Part shown: positions 1 to 11,537 of the stretch, in pieces
How positions within the stretch are numbered: the first letter of the stretch is position 1
Layout: every line of letters begins with the position of its first letter
DNA from: a virus
Lineage: Duplodnaviria; Caudoviricetes
Virus record (IMG/VR): IMGVR_UViG_3300035520_000607
Location: 59,604 to 123,603 of that record
Length of the DNA: 64,000 nt
Reading direction: 5' to 3' (one strand)
Program-made: the position numbers and the translations under genes
Notes under the pieces: generated by a model
Told to the model about the DNA's origin: nothing
The model's database searches: none
What the model saw: the letters and a program-made list of their open reading frames with translations, nothing else

Positions 1-2
1 GC

Positions 3-164
3 GCCCCTGGTAAATATAAGAAAGTATCTAGACCTCAAAAGGTAATTTGTCAATACACTGATGAGAATGGCGAATTAAAAGAAATTGCAGAAGGCGGATG
101 GATGAGCGCAATAATTCAACATGAACTAGATCATTTTGAAGGAATATGCAAAGTATCAGAATAG
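3..164 (+). CDS. def: Peptide deformylase, C-terminal part (5' end outside window)
   Basis: Frame 3 reads APGKYKKVSRPQKVICQYTDENGELKEIAEGGWMSAIIQHELDHFEGICKVSE*, containing the PDF metal-binding QHExDHxxG motif. Confidence 0.9.
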   Translation, partial: APGKYKKVSRPQKVICQYTDENGELKEIAEGGWMSAIIQHELDHFEGICKVSE

Positions 165-174
165 GAGTATCTAA

Positions 175-474
175 ATGGCAGAATTTAAAGTTCATAGTTT
201 AAAAATAAAAACTGATGAAAATAATTTAAAAATAGAAGATTCTTATGTTATAAAAACAAAAGAAAAAATGACTTTAATATTAAATGATGCATTTAAAAAA
301 TTAGATTTATGGGACTTTAAAACGAAAAGAGATATGAATTCTTTAATAAGGCAATGGAGAACTTACAATAAGTTATATAAAATGCATTTATTTAGAAAGA
401 AAACAAGAAGTTGTAATTTCAAAATAAAAAATAATAAAATTATAGAAATTATTTATATGATATTAGGATTTTAA
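175..474 (+). CDS. Hypothetical basic protein
   Basis: 99-aa ORF with AGGAG RBS. Confidence 0.7.
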   Translation: MAEFKVHSLKIKTDENNLKIEDSYVIKTKEKMTLILNDAFKKLDLWDFKTKRDMNSLIRQWRTYNKLYKMHLFRKKTRSCNFKIKNNKIIEIIYMILGF

Positions 475-488
475 AAGGAGGCACCTAA

Positions 489-866
489 ATGAGCGAAGTA
501 ACAATGGGAACGCTATATGATTTAAATAAACAAGTTGTTCAAGCAGAGATATCTCTAACAGGAGAATATTTAGAAAAGAAAAAAGATATAATTAAAGATT
601 TTTTAAAAAATACTGATGGTATGTATTATATGCTATTATGTAATGAGAGAAAAGATTATACAGTATTTAGAAATGAATATAGACATGCGGGAGATCTAGA
701 TGCATTTGCTAATGTTTTAGTAGATGAATGTCTTCTTAACCGCGGATTAGTCAAAGGAATAGACAAAACAAAAGGTGAAACTGCTATCGAGATATGGCTA
801 TCAATAGATGGAGAAGCTTATGTATACTATTTCTTTAAATATGATGATGCAATTATAGAAATATAA
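489..866 (+). CDS. Hypothetical phage protein
   Basis: 125-aa ORF, AAGGAGG RBS, operon-like spacing. Confidence 0.8.
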   Translation: MSEVTMGTLYDLNKQVVQAEISLTGEYLEKKKDIIKDFLKNTDGMYYMLLCNERKDYTVFRNEYRHAGDLDAFANVLVDECLLNRGLVKGIDKTKGETAIEIWLSIDGEAYVYYFFKYDDAIIEI

Positions 867-878
867 GGAGGAAATACT

Positions 879-1148
879 ATGGGAAAAAGTATATTAGTAG
901 ATTGTAAAATGTTTACTAAACAACAAAAAGTTTTTGCCTTAGATGAAGAACATGGAATAACTGGAATTATAGATACTGAGATAGATAAAATCCCTGAAAC
1001 TGTTATGTCTTTATCAAGAGATATTGAATGTAATGTAGTTAATATAAAAGGTTTAAAAGCTTATACAAAAGGGATAGAGAAAAATATAAAAGAATATGAA
1101 TTAAGTAAATATAACGAAAATAAACTAGTTATTAACTTAATTAAATAA
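879..1148 (+). CDS. Hypothetical phage protein
   Basis: 89-aa ORF, AAGGAGG RBS. Confidence 0.8.
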   Translation: MGKSILVDCKMFTKQQKVFALDEEHGITGIIDTEIDKIPETVMSLSRDIECNVVNIKGLKAYTKGIEKNIKEYELSKYNENKLVINLIK

Positions 1149-1155
1149 AAGGAGA

Positions 1156-1419
1156 ATGAATATGAAATATTTAATTAGTACAACAGAAATATATAGAGCG
1201 GATTCAGAAGCTGAGGCTATAAAAATAATTGAAGATGCTAAAGCAGATACTCACTATGTTCTTTCAAAATATTCAAGTCAATATAAAGAAAGAAAACAAA
1301 AAGGTGAAGTAGTAGATTCTTGGTATAAAGTTTCTTTAACTAAGTCATTTACTGATGAGAAAGAGCCTCAATTTGAAACAAGAGTAGAATATACAAATAG
1401 TATGGAAAGTGCTTTTTAG
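1156..1419 (+). CDS. Hypothetical phage protein
   Basis: 87-aa ORF, AAGGAG RBS (start may be 1162). Confidence 0.8.
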   Translation: MNMKYLISTTEIYRADSEAEAIKIIEDAKADTHYVLSKYSSQYKERKQKGEVVDSWYKVSLTKSFTDEKEPQFETRVEYTNSMESAF

Positions 1420-1431
1420 AAAGAGGTTTAA

Positions 1432-1917
1432 ATGGAAAATACAGATATTATTATAAATGATGATGATAATTATATTAATACTATGATTAAATATAAAAAA
1501 TTAAATGAATTAGCAAAAGAACCTAAACATGGAAGTGCGGATGCTGCCGGTTACGATCTTTATGCGGCAACCGCAGAAGATATATCTATTCCCGCACATA
1601 CAACTGTTAAAATAGATACTGGTTTAGCTTTTGCTTTACCTAAATATACATTTGGAGCTATCTTTGCTAGAAGTGGTTTAGCTACTAAGCAAGGCCTTAG
1701 ACCAAGTAACTGTGTCGGTGTCGTAGACGCGGATTACCGAGGTCCAGTCATTGTGGCACTTCATAATGATACAGATCAAGAGCAAATAGTTTCCGCAGGT
1801 GACAGAATTGCACAACTAGTATTATTGCCATATTTACCAATGTCTTTTATTGAATCTGATAATTTAGATGAAACTGAACGTGGAGATGGTGGTTTCGGTT
1901 CTACAGGGCTTAATTAA
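1432..1917 (+). CDS. dut: Trimeric dUTPase
   Basis: Motifs AAGYDL, RSGLA, GVVDADYRG, RIAQL, RGDGGFGSTG. Confidence 0.97.
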   Translation: MENTDIIINDDDNYINTMIKYKKLNELAKEPKHGSADAAGYDLYAATAEDISIPAHTTVKIDTGLAFALPKYTFGAIFARSGLATKQGLRPSNCVGVVDADYRGPVIVALHNDTDQEQIVSAGDRIAQLVLLPYLPMSFIESDNLDETERGDGGFGSTGLN

Positions 1918-1964
1918 TAATTAGATGAAGTATTTATCTTCATCTTTTTTTATGTAAAAATTTC

Positions 1965-1994
1965 TTGACAAGGCTAGATAAAATATGATATAAT
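1965..1994 (+). promoter_or_regulatory. Sigma-70/sigma-A type promoter for ruvC
   Basis: TTGACA-N18-TATAAT with extended -10 TG. Confidence 0.7.
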
Positions 1995-2024
1995 AAACTT
2001 GGAAATAAATAAGGAGGTGTCCAT

Positions 2025-2531
2025 ATGAGTATATTGAGTCTCGATTTATCCACAAAGAGTTCGGGGTGAGCAATCTTTGAAGGTGATGAATTAAAAAATC
2101 ATGGATGCATAACATCTTCATCAACAGATTTAATTAAGCGTATTCATATAATGATAGATGCTATTGATGAGATATTAAAAAATAATGATATAAAAGAAAT
2201 CATAGTAGAGGAAGTCCGCCCTGAAGGAGGATATGGAGTTGGGAATATAAAAACAATGAAAGCCCTTATGTATCTTCAAGCGGGATTAGAATTTCTCATT
2301 CATGATAATTATAAAAATAAAGTAGAAATTAATTATATATATCCTAGTTCTTGGAGAGCTTCTTGCGGTATTAAAAACGGAAGAGGAATAAAAAGAACCT
2401 CATTAAAAGAGGCAGACATTGCTTTTGTTCAAGAGAAATATGGTATTACTGTAAATGATGATGAGGCGGATGCTATTTGCATTGGCTATGCTCAAAATCA
2501 TATTGAAAGTAACGAAATAAATTGGGGATAA
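2025..2531 (+). CDS. ruvC: RuvC-like Holliday junction resolvase (one in-frame TGA=Trp at 2067-2069)
   Basis: AAGGAGG RBS, then MSILSLDLSTKSSG*AIFE in frame with ORF 2151..2531 (IIVEE, PSSWR, DDEADAICIG); LDxSTxxxGW is the RuvC N-terminal motif. Confidence 0.9.
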
Positions 2532-2561
2532 AAAAAAGAAACTACCATCTAAGGTAGTTTT
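2531..2561. terminator. Bidirectional intrinsic terminator between convergent units
   Basis: A-tract, AAACTACC/GGTAGTTT stem, T-tract. Confidence 0.65.
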
Positions 2562-2588
2562 AATTTATGCATCTGTGCGTAAGATTAT

Positions 2589-2786
2589 TTAATCTTCATC
2601 TTGTTTTTTCATTTCGTTATGTTCTATTATATCAGATTTATGATGATAATAAATAGCTTCTTCAAGATCTTTTATCATATCAATAACTTCTCCTAATTCT
2701 GCAGTATTTATTTTTTGTAGTCCATTTGACATATATTCTTCAACAGAACAAATAAGAGTGTGTTCTATTTTATTTAATTTTTCCAT
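2589..2786 (-). CDS. Hypothetical protein (cassette gene 5)
   Basis: 65 aa, TAATG coupling with upstream gene. Confidence 0.75.
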   Translation of the reverse strand: MEKLNKIEHTLICSVEEYMSNGLQKINTAELGEVIDMIKDLEEAIYYHHKSDIIEHNEMKKQDED

Positions 2787-3205
2787 TAAGCAGTCCTTTC
2801 TACAATTAAAACTACATTTTGAGTATTAATTGTTTGAGTAGTTGTATTTCTTATACTTATTTGGGCGCAACATCCGCATGGAATATCTATAAAGATTGTC
2901 TTATCAACAGCATTATAAGGGCCTGCAGTTGCGGAAGTAGTTATTACTGTTGAACTAAGAATAGGTTCTCCATTTAGAGTAATTGCTAAAGATATTGGGC
3001 CTGCGGTTCCAGTCGTAGGAAGTGCGACGTTTCCACCAAAAGTTATCTTAAATCTAACGCGGCTTTGATTAGTAGCGCCTTTTAAAGTTATTATACCACT
3101 GCCATCGTCGTGGAATATGGAACTGCTCTTGTTGTGAGAAGAAGTTGTAAATAGAACATTTTGATTTGAGTCTATTGATTGAATAGCATTAGCTGTAAAT
3201 TCCAT
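2786..3205 (-). CDS. Beta-rich protein, BclA-C-terminal-like/TNF-fold candidate (cassette gene 4)
   Basis: Start at MEFTAN after GGAGG; Thr-rich beta-strand pattern with PCGCC motif. Confidence 0.6.
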   Translation of the reverse strand: MEFTANAIQSIDSNQNVLFTTSSHNKSSSIFHDDGSGIITLKGATNQSRVRFKITFGGNVALPTTGTAGPISLAITLNGEPILSSTVITTSATAGPYNAVDKTIFIDIPCGCCAQISIRNTTTQTINTQNVVLIVERTA

Positions 3206-3219
3206 GTTTGTTACCTCCA

Positions 3220-4068
3220 TTAGCATCCGCAGCTATTTCCATAAGGATATAAAGAAGAGGCTGGGAATGCAGGAACTGGTGTTGGTTTTAATGCGGAAAT
3301 AAGATAATTATTTTGTCTCTCTTGAGAAGCTGATAATCTTAATTGAGCATTTTCAGTTTCTAATGATGAAATCTTATCATTTACTAAGAAATCTAAAATA
3401 CTTCTTGTGTTACAATTTTGGTTATCAATGATGTCTCTAGTAGTATTTTGAATAGTGTTTACAATGCCGCAAGTGTCTGTTGACATATTATATTTAAGGT
3501 CAGCAATTGCCGCCTTATTATCGCAACAACAGCTTGCTATTTGAGATTGTAAAGCATTTGTATTTTGTAAGTTACCAACAGCTATACCATCAATACTTCT
3601 TTGAATTGCATTAGCATTTTGCATATTTTCAACATTCATTCCATTAATAGATTGTTGTAATGCAAATGTATTTTGCATATTATTAGTATTTACACTATTA
3701 ATTCCTTCTTGAGTATTATAACCTAGAGTACAGACTGCATTGTCGATTCCGCGGAATTCGCTAGTTAAATTATTTTGAAGTCCTGAGAAACCATTTAGCA
3801 TTCCAGTATTCATAGCATAGAATCCATCACATAATCCAGATTGAATTCCTCTTGTACTATTCTCTAATGATTGGAAATTCATATCTTGTGCTAATTCTCC
3901 ACGAGTTAATGCACCATTATTGCCTCCCCAACCATTTCCTCCCCATCCCATAAACATGAATAGGAATAATATGATGATCCACCAAGCGCCATTTCCGCTT
4001 CCGAATCCATCTTGACCTGTTGCCGCAGCTACATCGGCTAAGCTGTAACCATTACCTGAGCTAAACAT
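3220..4068 (-). CDS. Gly/Asn/Cys-rich protein with one TM segment and coiled coil (cassette gene 3)
   Basis: WWIIILFLFMFMGWGGNGWGG, ASCCCD, C-terminal SCGC. Confidence 0.8.
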   Translation of the reverse strand: MFSSGNGYSLADVAAATGQDGFGSGNGAWWIIILFLFMFMGWGGNGWGGNNGALTRGELAQDMNFQSLENSTRGIQSGLCDGFYAMNTGMLNGFSGLQNNLTSEFRGIDNAVCTLGYNTQEGINSVNTNNMQNTFALQQSINGMNVENMQNANAIQRSIDGIAVGNLQNTNALQSQIASCCCDNKAAIADLKYNMSTDTCGIVNTIQNTTRDIIDNQNCNTRSILDFLVNDKISSLETENAQLRLSASQERQNNYLISALKPTPVPAFPASSLYPYGNSCGC

Positions 4069-4102
4069 ATATTTGCTCCTTTCTATTTATTTTTTTTGAA
4101 TT

Positions 4103-4345
4103 TTACTTAATTCCAAACATTTGTTTAAAACTAGCAAATTCTTTATCAAAATCAATTCCTTTTTCTTTAGCTACATTACGAACAAATGTTTCTACCCCTT
4201 GGGTGTCCCCTTTTTGAACCATAGATAACAAGTTTTGTGCAGCGGGATTCTGACCAGCTTGTTGACTAAGCATATTCATAACAAAAGCCTGAGGATTGGA
4301 ATTGCTTTTAACCATATTAATAAATTGCATCATATTAGAAGGCAT
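4103..4345 (-). CDS. Met/Gln/Asn-rich small protein (cassette gene 2)
   Basis: 80-aa ORF overlapping upstream stop. Confidence 0.75.
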   Translation of the reverse strand: MPSNMMQFINMVKSNSNPQAFVMNMLSQQAGQNPAAQNLLSMVQKGDTQGVETFVRNVAKEKGIDFDKEFASFKQMFGIK

Positions 4346-4754
4346 TATTTATTTTCGCTCCTTCCTTTGCGGCGGGAGTGCTTTTTTTAGTATCTACTAA
4401 ACTATTTAATGTTGTTTCTATATTATTTATTTTTTCTAATAGCAATGCTTGAGTATCTACAACATTTTCTTTTGTATTAGTAGGTTTAAATGTTATGATT
4501 TGAGTTGTCCCATTGTTATTCCAACTCTTCATATAAATTTCACTAAGATCTGCTTTAGGGAAAATACCATATCCTCCAAAAGGCACTTCAGTTGCTTTTA
4601 CAACTTCCTCTCCGTCTACTACTTTACCATTAATACCTGCGGAAACCGAGGTAGTTGGCATCATGGGTTGCGATTGTCCTTGCATATAAGCAGGCATTGC
4701 CGCATTTGATTGTTGTGTATTATAATTATTGTAATATGGATAATAATTCATCAT
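4335..4754 (-). CDS. Hypothetical protein with Tyr/Gln/Pro-rich N-terminus (cassette gene 1)
   Basis: 139-aa ORF, AAGGAG RBS. Confidence 0.75.
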   Translation of the reverse strand: MMNYYPYYNNYNTQQSNAAMPAYMQGQSQPMMPTTSVSAGINGKVVDGEEVVKATEVPFGGYGIFPKADLSEIYMKSWNNNGTTQIITFKPTNTKENVVDTQALLLEKINNIETTLNSLVDTKKSTPAAKEGAKINNAF

Positions 4755-4964
4755 AATTTTAATACTCCTTCCTAAAAGTTTACTTTTCTTTTCCCTTTCA
4801 ATTTTAATAAAAATTTATCTAAATTCAATTTCAATGTTTTGAGAAAGTTTTTATTAAAATTTATAAATTTAACAGGTAGTTAAAAATTTTTTAAAATTAC
4901 AATGACTTAATCGTTTTTTAAAATAAATAGATTTTAAAATAGAAAATAAACTAAAATTTTAAGC

Positions 4965-5004
4965 AAAAAAAAAAGAAACACTCATTAAAAAATGAGTGTT
5001 TTTT
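4965..5004 (-). terminator. Intrinsic terminator at end of tail operon
   Basis: AAACACTCATT/AATGAGTGTTT stem flanked by long A/T tracts. Confidence 0.75.
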
Positions 5005-5007
5005 AAA

Positions 5008-7026
5008 TTATATTTTAACAGCAGTTTTACTTGCTGATATTGACATATTGCCATTCACAGTTAAGGGAATTGAAATTGAATCTATTAAATAATCTCCAGA
5101 GATTCCGCTTTCTACATCATTTACTGTTACTCTAGTGTTAGGTTCTAAATGATAAATAGGCAATGTAGTAAGTTGAATAGATTCATTATAACCAGTTTCC
5201 GTGTATAAAAGATTCTTAACTTCATTGAAACAACTATTATAATTAGTTCCAACAGCAAGAGATTCATAAATATTAGGATCTACTTGAATGTATGCTTGAC
5301 CGCGAGCTTCGCATTCCGCACGTCTTTCCGCAGTATCTTCTTGACCAGTTTCAATAATTACAAAATCAGGTATTTCAGATTCAAACACACAGTTATAATC
5401 ATCATTGTTTTCAACTTCAGATCTACGTCCTATATTAGATATTGAAAATTGAGATACAGACGCATCTGAATCTATAAAATCTAAGAAATAATCAATAGAT
5501 TGAGGATCTTTGATAACATCTTCATAGAATTCGCCAGTGTAATAAGTACCTTCCGCATCAGTATTTTCTTTAGCTTTAAAGTTATATATTTTTGGTCATT
5601 CGCTCTCTAATTCAGTATAATAATAATTAGTTTCTAATCCTAATGGCTCTGCGGCAACCCCTTGAAAGTATAACTCAGATCTTCAATCATTTGCCATTAC
5701 TCTATCAAAAGTAACATCAATTTGAGTGTAAGAGCCTTCAGACCAAATATAAACATTACCAGTACTTTCATCTAAATAGTATACCCCTTGCGCGCCATCA
5801 GTCTTGACCATTTCCGCATAACTACTATAACCAACTGGTATTTTTGCTTTTGTGATTCCATCATCTGAATCTTCATAGAAAAATACTTTATAAATATTTC
5901 CAGTTTTAGGTTTAGTATCAATAGCTAAATGATATCTGATAGGTAAAGATACCCCCTCTGCGGATTCTCTTATTCCCCATACTACATAATCATTTTTTAC
6001 ATTTAAGTATTGAGGAGAATTAGAACAAGATATTACTATTTTATTATCTTTAAAATTATAAACAGATTTTCCTTTACTCATATCTACTACATAATTTTCA
6101 TTCTTTAAATTTTCTAATTCTACTTTTGCTTGCGATGTATTTAAATAGTTTTTTATCTCTTGAAAAATAAAATTACCATAAACATCATAAAAGTATTCAT
6201 AGTTTCCGCCTAAGTAAGAAACTATTTTGTCTAAAATATCAGTAACATCGCTTCCTGCATCACCAATTAAATCATCACTATAAACAAAGTCAGAGTAGAT
6301 ATAACCAATATTATCTCCATATGAGAACATTTGATATGAATATTGAGAAGCTTTTGAATAATCAGTAGTAATAGAATAGCTACCATTATCATTAATTAGA
6401 TAAATAGGTACATTACCTATCCATTTCATAACAGTTTTTATTCTTTTATTTATATCACTAATAATTATTTTACTTAATTGCTCCCCACCAAAATGATTAA
6501 CCGCTTCTCTTATTATTTGATCTATTGTAGGTTGAGAAATGATTATCTCCCCATTTTCATCAATAGTTTCATAAGAATCGAATTGTGTTGATGCGGGAAT
6601 AGTACCGCCGCATGATCCATCTAATAAGCTCATTTTATCTTTTATTTGTAAAGATACTGTTGTTCCAGACGTAGAATGACTTAATGAGACAGAAGCAATA
6701 GTATAAACACCTTGCGGAAACCAGATAATTGGATAGTCTTCATATTTTTTAGTTTTATTAGTGTATCCTATTTCTAAGTATAGTTTTCTATTAATTGTAA
6801 ATATATTTGTATTATCTTTTAATAATGCAGTTATATTACATGTTCTTCTCATTGAAGAACTACCACTAACATTTATATTTCCGCCAGTAACTAGTCCTTC
6901 AACTTCTTGAACAGGATTTTCATTTCAGTCTAATAAAGTAAATTTAACATATTGTTCAGTATAATGCATTGTGTCAACAGTATATAAAAAGTCTGAATCA
7001 TTTGAATAAGGATAAGATTTTTTCAT
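5008..7026 (-). CDS. Tail/baseplate hub-like protein, 672 aa (3 TGA=Trp)
   Basis: ORFs 5008..5388 and 5683..6852 plus 5' extension to ATG 7026 form one frame through LLD*NENP, AND*RSEL, ESE*PKIY. Confidence 0.8.
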
Positions 7027-7031
7027 AGCTC

Positions 7032-8666
7032 TTAACTCCTTTCTTCAATTATATTGTATAATTCATAGTTATCAATAGTATCTTCATCTATTTCATAAGC
7101 TGTTGCAGAAAAGCTCCAGATCATTCTTCCTAAGCTATTCTCAGGGGTGAAAGATACATCCATTAATTTAACTAGGAAATTACCTTCAGTTGCAGATCTG
7201 AATAATTTAGCTTCTCCGTCATATAAGAAATCACTAACCGCATCTCTAAATAATTTTTCATAAGTATAATCATTATAAGTAGTTATCTTATTAGTTTCAT
7301 TATACTTTTCATATTTCTTTTTATTATTGCCATAGATTTCATCTTTTGATATAAAAGTTTCATCTTCATCAATAAGATAAGAGATTAAACCGCTGATAGG
7401 AAGTTGTATGTAATTAACCGCACCATTCCTACGAATGAATGGATATGCGGAACCTATAGTCTCGGTTTTTATTTCACTAATAGTTCTTTTTAATGATGAA
7501 ACACTAGGATTGAATTTAATTTTTAATTGTCTGTTTTTTGTTGTTAAAAACATATCATCTAATATAATCATCATTGGTTTCTTATTTATTTTAGCTAGTC
7601 CTCTGTTTTTCTTAGCGTCAATACCTTGAATATAATAATTATACCATACTCCGCTTTTTATAGTATTATCGTACCAAGTTTCTTTTACATTAGTAACTTT
7701 ATTAAAATCAATAGTATGAATATCTTCCCAGATAGTGAAATTACTTTCACTAGAAGTTCTTCTAATAATAATTTTTCCAGTATATTCAGTTTCACTTGTA
7801 CGTTTTAAACTAATTTGGAATCTACCATTTTCCGCATCCTCTTTTATTGTAAATGAGAAATCTAATTCTTCATTAGAGTCTTGAGCAACAGTAAAAGTTA
7901 TTTTATTACTTCCTTCATATAAATTTTGAGTTTGGTAATCAACAGTAAAATAATAAGAATTATCTACTTCAAAATTATATTTAAAAGTATAAATAAATGA
8001 ATTAGGATTATTATAATTATTTGAGTATAATATTCCGCTATCTGTTAGTAAAGTCCCATCTGCGGAATATAATCTTACTTGATATTGTCTTAATGTTTCA
8101 GTTTCATCTTCGTCAGCAAAAGTAAGATTTCCTATTAAGTTACTATTAGCTAATGACCAAGATACTTTTCCATCTATTATTTCAAATCCTGATATTGACA
8201 ATGCGGGAGTGCTTATACCGCGGATTAAGCATACTGTAGACCATTCAGAAAAGTTATTTAAATTTGCGGCAAGCCAGCTATCTAGAGCCTGAGGTGTCGA
8301 TAAAGATATATCAGCGGCATCCGCGCCAGTAAATCTAATTTGAACTTTATAATATGTATCAATTTCAAATTTTTCATTTTTTAAATCAGTATTTTTAATC
8401 TCAATATAATATTTATCATCAGATGTTTTAGTGTCATCAATTTTAATTTCTTTTAATGCAATTTCACTAGGATATTTAGTTGAATCTAAAACTGTCAAAT
8501 TAGTATTTTGATTTAAAACAGTTATTTGTGCATTTTTTATATCTCCTATTGAATTATAATCAGATATTGAAAAATACACTTTACATAAGCTATCATCTGC
8601 ATCCGCAATAAAAGCTGGCATATAAGTTGATAAAACAGGTGGATAAAAATTATTTATAATTGCCAT
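7032..8666 (-). CDS. Tail-associated structural protein, FN3/Ig-like, 544 aa
   Basis: Intact ORF, beta-rich, WYDNTIKSGVWYNYYI FN3-like stretch; position in tail module. Confidence 0.7.
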   Translation of the reverse strand: MAIINNFYPPVLSTYMPAFIADADDSLCKVYFSISDYNSIGDIKNAQITVLNQNTNLTVLDSTKYPSEIALKEIKIDDTKTSDDKYYIEIKNTDLKNEKFEIDTYYKVQIRFTGADAADISLSTPQALDSWLAANLNNFSEWSTVCLIRGISTPALSISGFEIIDGKVSWSLANSNLIGNLTFADEDETETLRQYQVRLYSADGTLLTDSGILYSNNYNNPNSFIYTFKYNFEVDNSYYFTVDYQTQNLYEGSNKITFTVAQDSNEELDFSFTIKEDAENGRFQISLKRTSETEYTGKIIIRRTSSESNFTIWEDIHTIDFNKVTNVKETWYDNTIKSGVWYNYYIQGIDAKKNRGLAKINKKPMMIILDDMFLTTKNRQLKIKFNPSVSSLKRTISEIKTETIGSAYPFIRRNGAVNYIQLPISGLISYLIDEDETFISKDEIYGNNKKKYEKYNETNKITTYNDYTYEKLFRDAVSDFLYDGEAKLFRSATEGNFLVKLMDVSFTPENSLGRMIWSFSATAYEIDEDTIDNYELYNIIEERS

Positions 8667-8698
8667 TCCACATCTCTCCTTTTTTCTCTCTTTCTTGT

Positions 8699-8739
8699 GT
8701 TTTAAAAATATTTAAAATAGTTTAAATAATTAAGACCAA
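8699..8739 (-). promoter_or_regulatory. Candidate late promoter GGNC-N9-TAA-N16-WTDAWAY (copy 1; others at GGNC 12068, 19424, 20600, 30843, 39122, 48801)
   Basis: Same three blocks at identical spacing upstream of RBS/ATG of several structural genes. Confidence 0.6.
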
Positions 8740-8763
8740 AAAAAAGATAGCTTAGTAAGATAT

Positions 8764-11523
8764 CTAAGCTGTTCTTTTTCACATATAAACTACTAAATAA
8801 GGTGGCATATTGTTGTGAGCTCCGCTCCCACCAGTGTATTGAGTATAATTTCCATAAGAGGCTGTTACGATAGCTCTATTATAGAATCCAGTATTTCCTT
8901 TATATAAAGAATATCCTGTAGCTTCACTAGCAGAATCATACATATATAATCTATGATTGTGAGATGGCATCTCTGATTCTGATAAGGTATGTGTTGCACT
9001 ACCGCCAGTAGATCCATTTGAATATGAACTACCAGCACCTAATAAGAACCTATTTTGTAATTGTTCTCATGTACCACCAAATAATGATGCAGGACTTGTA
9101 CTATTAACAGACATATATATACTTCCTACTGGATAAACTTGATTAAGTGTTATTATCTTATTTGATACTTCATCTATTTTGGCATCAAGAGTATTATCTC
9201 CTTCTTGTGCTATTGTTCTGTTCTCAGCAATCAACTCTCTAAGAGTATTATCTTCTTCTTCTAATTGATCTTGGAAGACTAATCTTTGAGTTAATGATGA
9301 ATCAGCTAAATAATTAATTGTATAAGTTCCTAAATAATTTTCTTCATAAATCGTTAGAGAACTGGTTTTATTTGATAGAACTATTGAATCATGTTCTAAA
9401 TCATATGTTTTTCAATTACTCGAGGTATAATAAATAACTACTGGATTACCACTTTCATATTTTTCTTTTAAGAAAGTTGAAAAATCTTCTTTATTAGTTA
9501 TAGTATCTGTATAAAATTGAATATATTTGCTGCCGTTTGAATTTATTATTGTGAATTGGTTATTTTCTGATACATTTTTTTCAGAGAATGTAAAATAGTT
9601 ACATATTCCACTTACAGTATACTCCATAGGATCAAAATCATCAGGATAGATTGTATAAATAGAATCATCATCAGCTTTTTCAATAGTCTCTTCTCCAGTT
9701 AAAATTACTTTACCTATTTTCTTAGTTAAAGTGCCATTAATATAAGTGTCATATACATTTCCTATTTTTGCTAATTCAAAATAATCTTGTAAAGGAATCG
9801 AACTTCCATCATATATTTCAAAATCTTCAGAATTAATATCTGACGTATCCAATGTATCGTCTTCATTTAAACAAGTTAGATACAAATAGCCATCTTGACT
9901 AGCTGTAATTGTTTTTAAATTTAAATCATCTTCATTATATAAATATTCTTTATCAGTTGCAGTTCCTGTTTGTGCCACATTAGTACTATATATACCAACT
10001 TCAACTTTTAAACTAAGACTCGTAACTGGATCATATTTAATTGTAAAAGTATCTCCTTCTTTAACTTCTTTCACAAAAGTTGAGACATAATGATTATCTA
10101 ATGTATTATCATCATCAAAATAACTATCAACATATCCATTAAAGAATGTGCTATTCCCAAAATATTGAGGCACTGACATATTAATTTTATTTGAATTAAG
10201 AAATAAAAATCATTTTGAGCGAGGAATCCAAAGTTGATAAGAACTTTTAACTATTTGAAGAGTATATCCTTGTAAAATAGTATCAACACTCGCTCAATAA
10301 GAAACTCTTATATATTTAGTATTTTCAGTCGTTGTAAAAGTATACTTATAAGTTGATGTCTTTTTAGATAATTCAATAAAAGTTTTATCTTTGTCATATT
10401 CACATACTCTAATTTCATTTAACATAGCATAGGTATTGCTCTTGTCGGGAACTGGATAAGTTATAGTGTAGGTCGTCTCTGGTTCTATTTTAATATATTC
10501 TTTTACTAAACAATATTGAGTATTACTAATAGACGTTATTGTTCCATTATCTGCATAATAATATCCTCTTGTTATTATATTTTTAGGATTATAATATTGT
10601 TTAAAACCAGTTACAGTTGTTATTGAAGCTGGAGAATCTATTGTTGGAGTTTTTGATGACGTTTTCATATTTCCATCAATCTCTATATCTAAAATCTCAC
10701 TACTTAAAGGGCTATCAAGCCTTAATCTATAATTAGAAGAACTGTCACCTTGACAAATTGTCTTTGCTGTATTTATTAAACTAGTTTCAGACCAGGTGCC
10801 ATCTTCTTTTAAAAACTTATTTCTATTATGAGTATATTGCAATGCTTCGTCTTTAGGAATGGTAGCAATCATAAAAAAATAATCATCATAAAAAAAGTCT
10901 TCTTCTGAAGAATCTTCCAATTTAGATCCAAACATACTAAATAATATGCTTTTCCCTATCTCATTATTTTTCTCTAAAGTATAGATTATTTGAAATTGCT
11001 CTGAACAAATTGAAGTTGATCGATATCCTGCCGCAGCTTTTATTTTAAGATCAAAATCAAGACCAAGCTCAGCAAGATTAGTCTCATCAGATAATCAATA
11101 ATTATTAAAAATTATATCTTTAAGAGAATCAGATTCATATTGCTCTGGATTTGAAAAATGAACATTTAAAATTTTAGAATTTTCTATTGAATCTCTTAAG
11201 GTTATAAAAGTCTCTGGATTAAGAACATTGCCTGGACATAAAAGAAGAGAACAAGAATCTGTTTTATAAGTTTTTGAAGAATCAATAGAAAAATCTATTC
11301 TTCCATCTGCATTATTCATTTCATCTAATTTAATCTTATCTTCCGCACTCATTAATCCATCAGAAGTTGTAGTAGCATTAGATATTTTATTAACTTCAAT
11401 TCTTTTTTTATCAGCGTCAAAATAAAGTTTTCCATCATCAGTTGTGATTATGAATTGCCCATTTTTTATAGGTAAATTATCCAATTTATCACTAGAACCG
11501 CTGTATGGTTTAAATATTGCCAT
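8764..11523 (-). CDS. Tail fibre/baseplate protein, 919 aa (6 TGA=Trp), C-terminal T4-gp10-like baseplate domain
   Basis: Four track ORFs join in frame; YPVGSIYMSVNSTSPASLFGGT*EQL...HNNMPPYLVVYM*KRTA*. Confidence 0.85.
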
Positions 11524-11537
11524 TTTTTATTCCTCCT

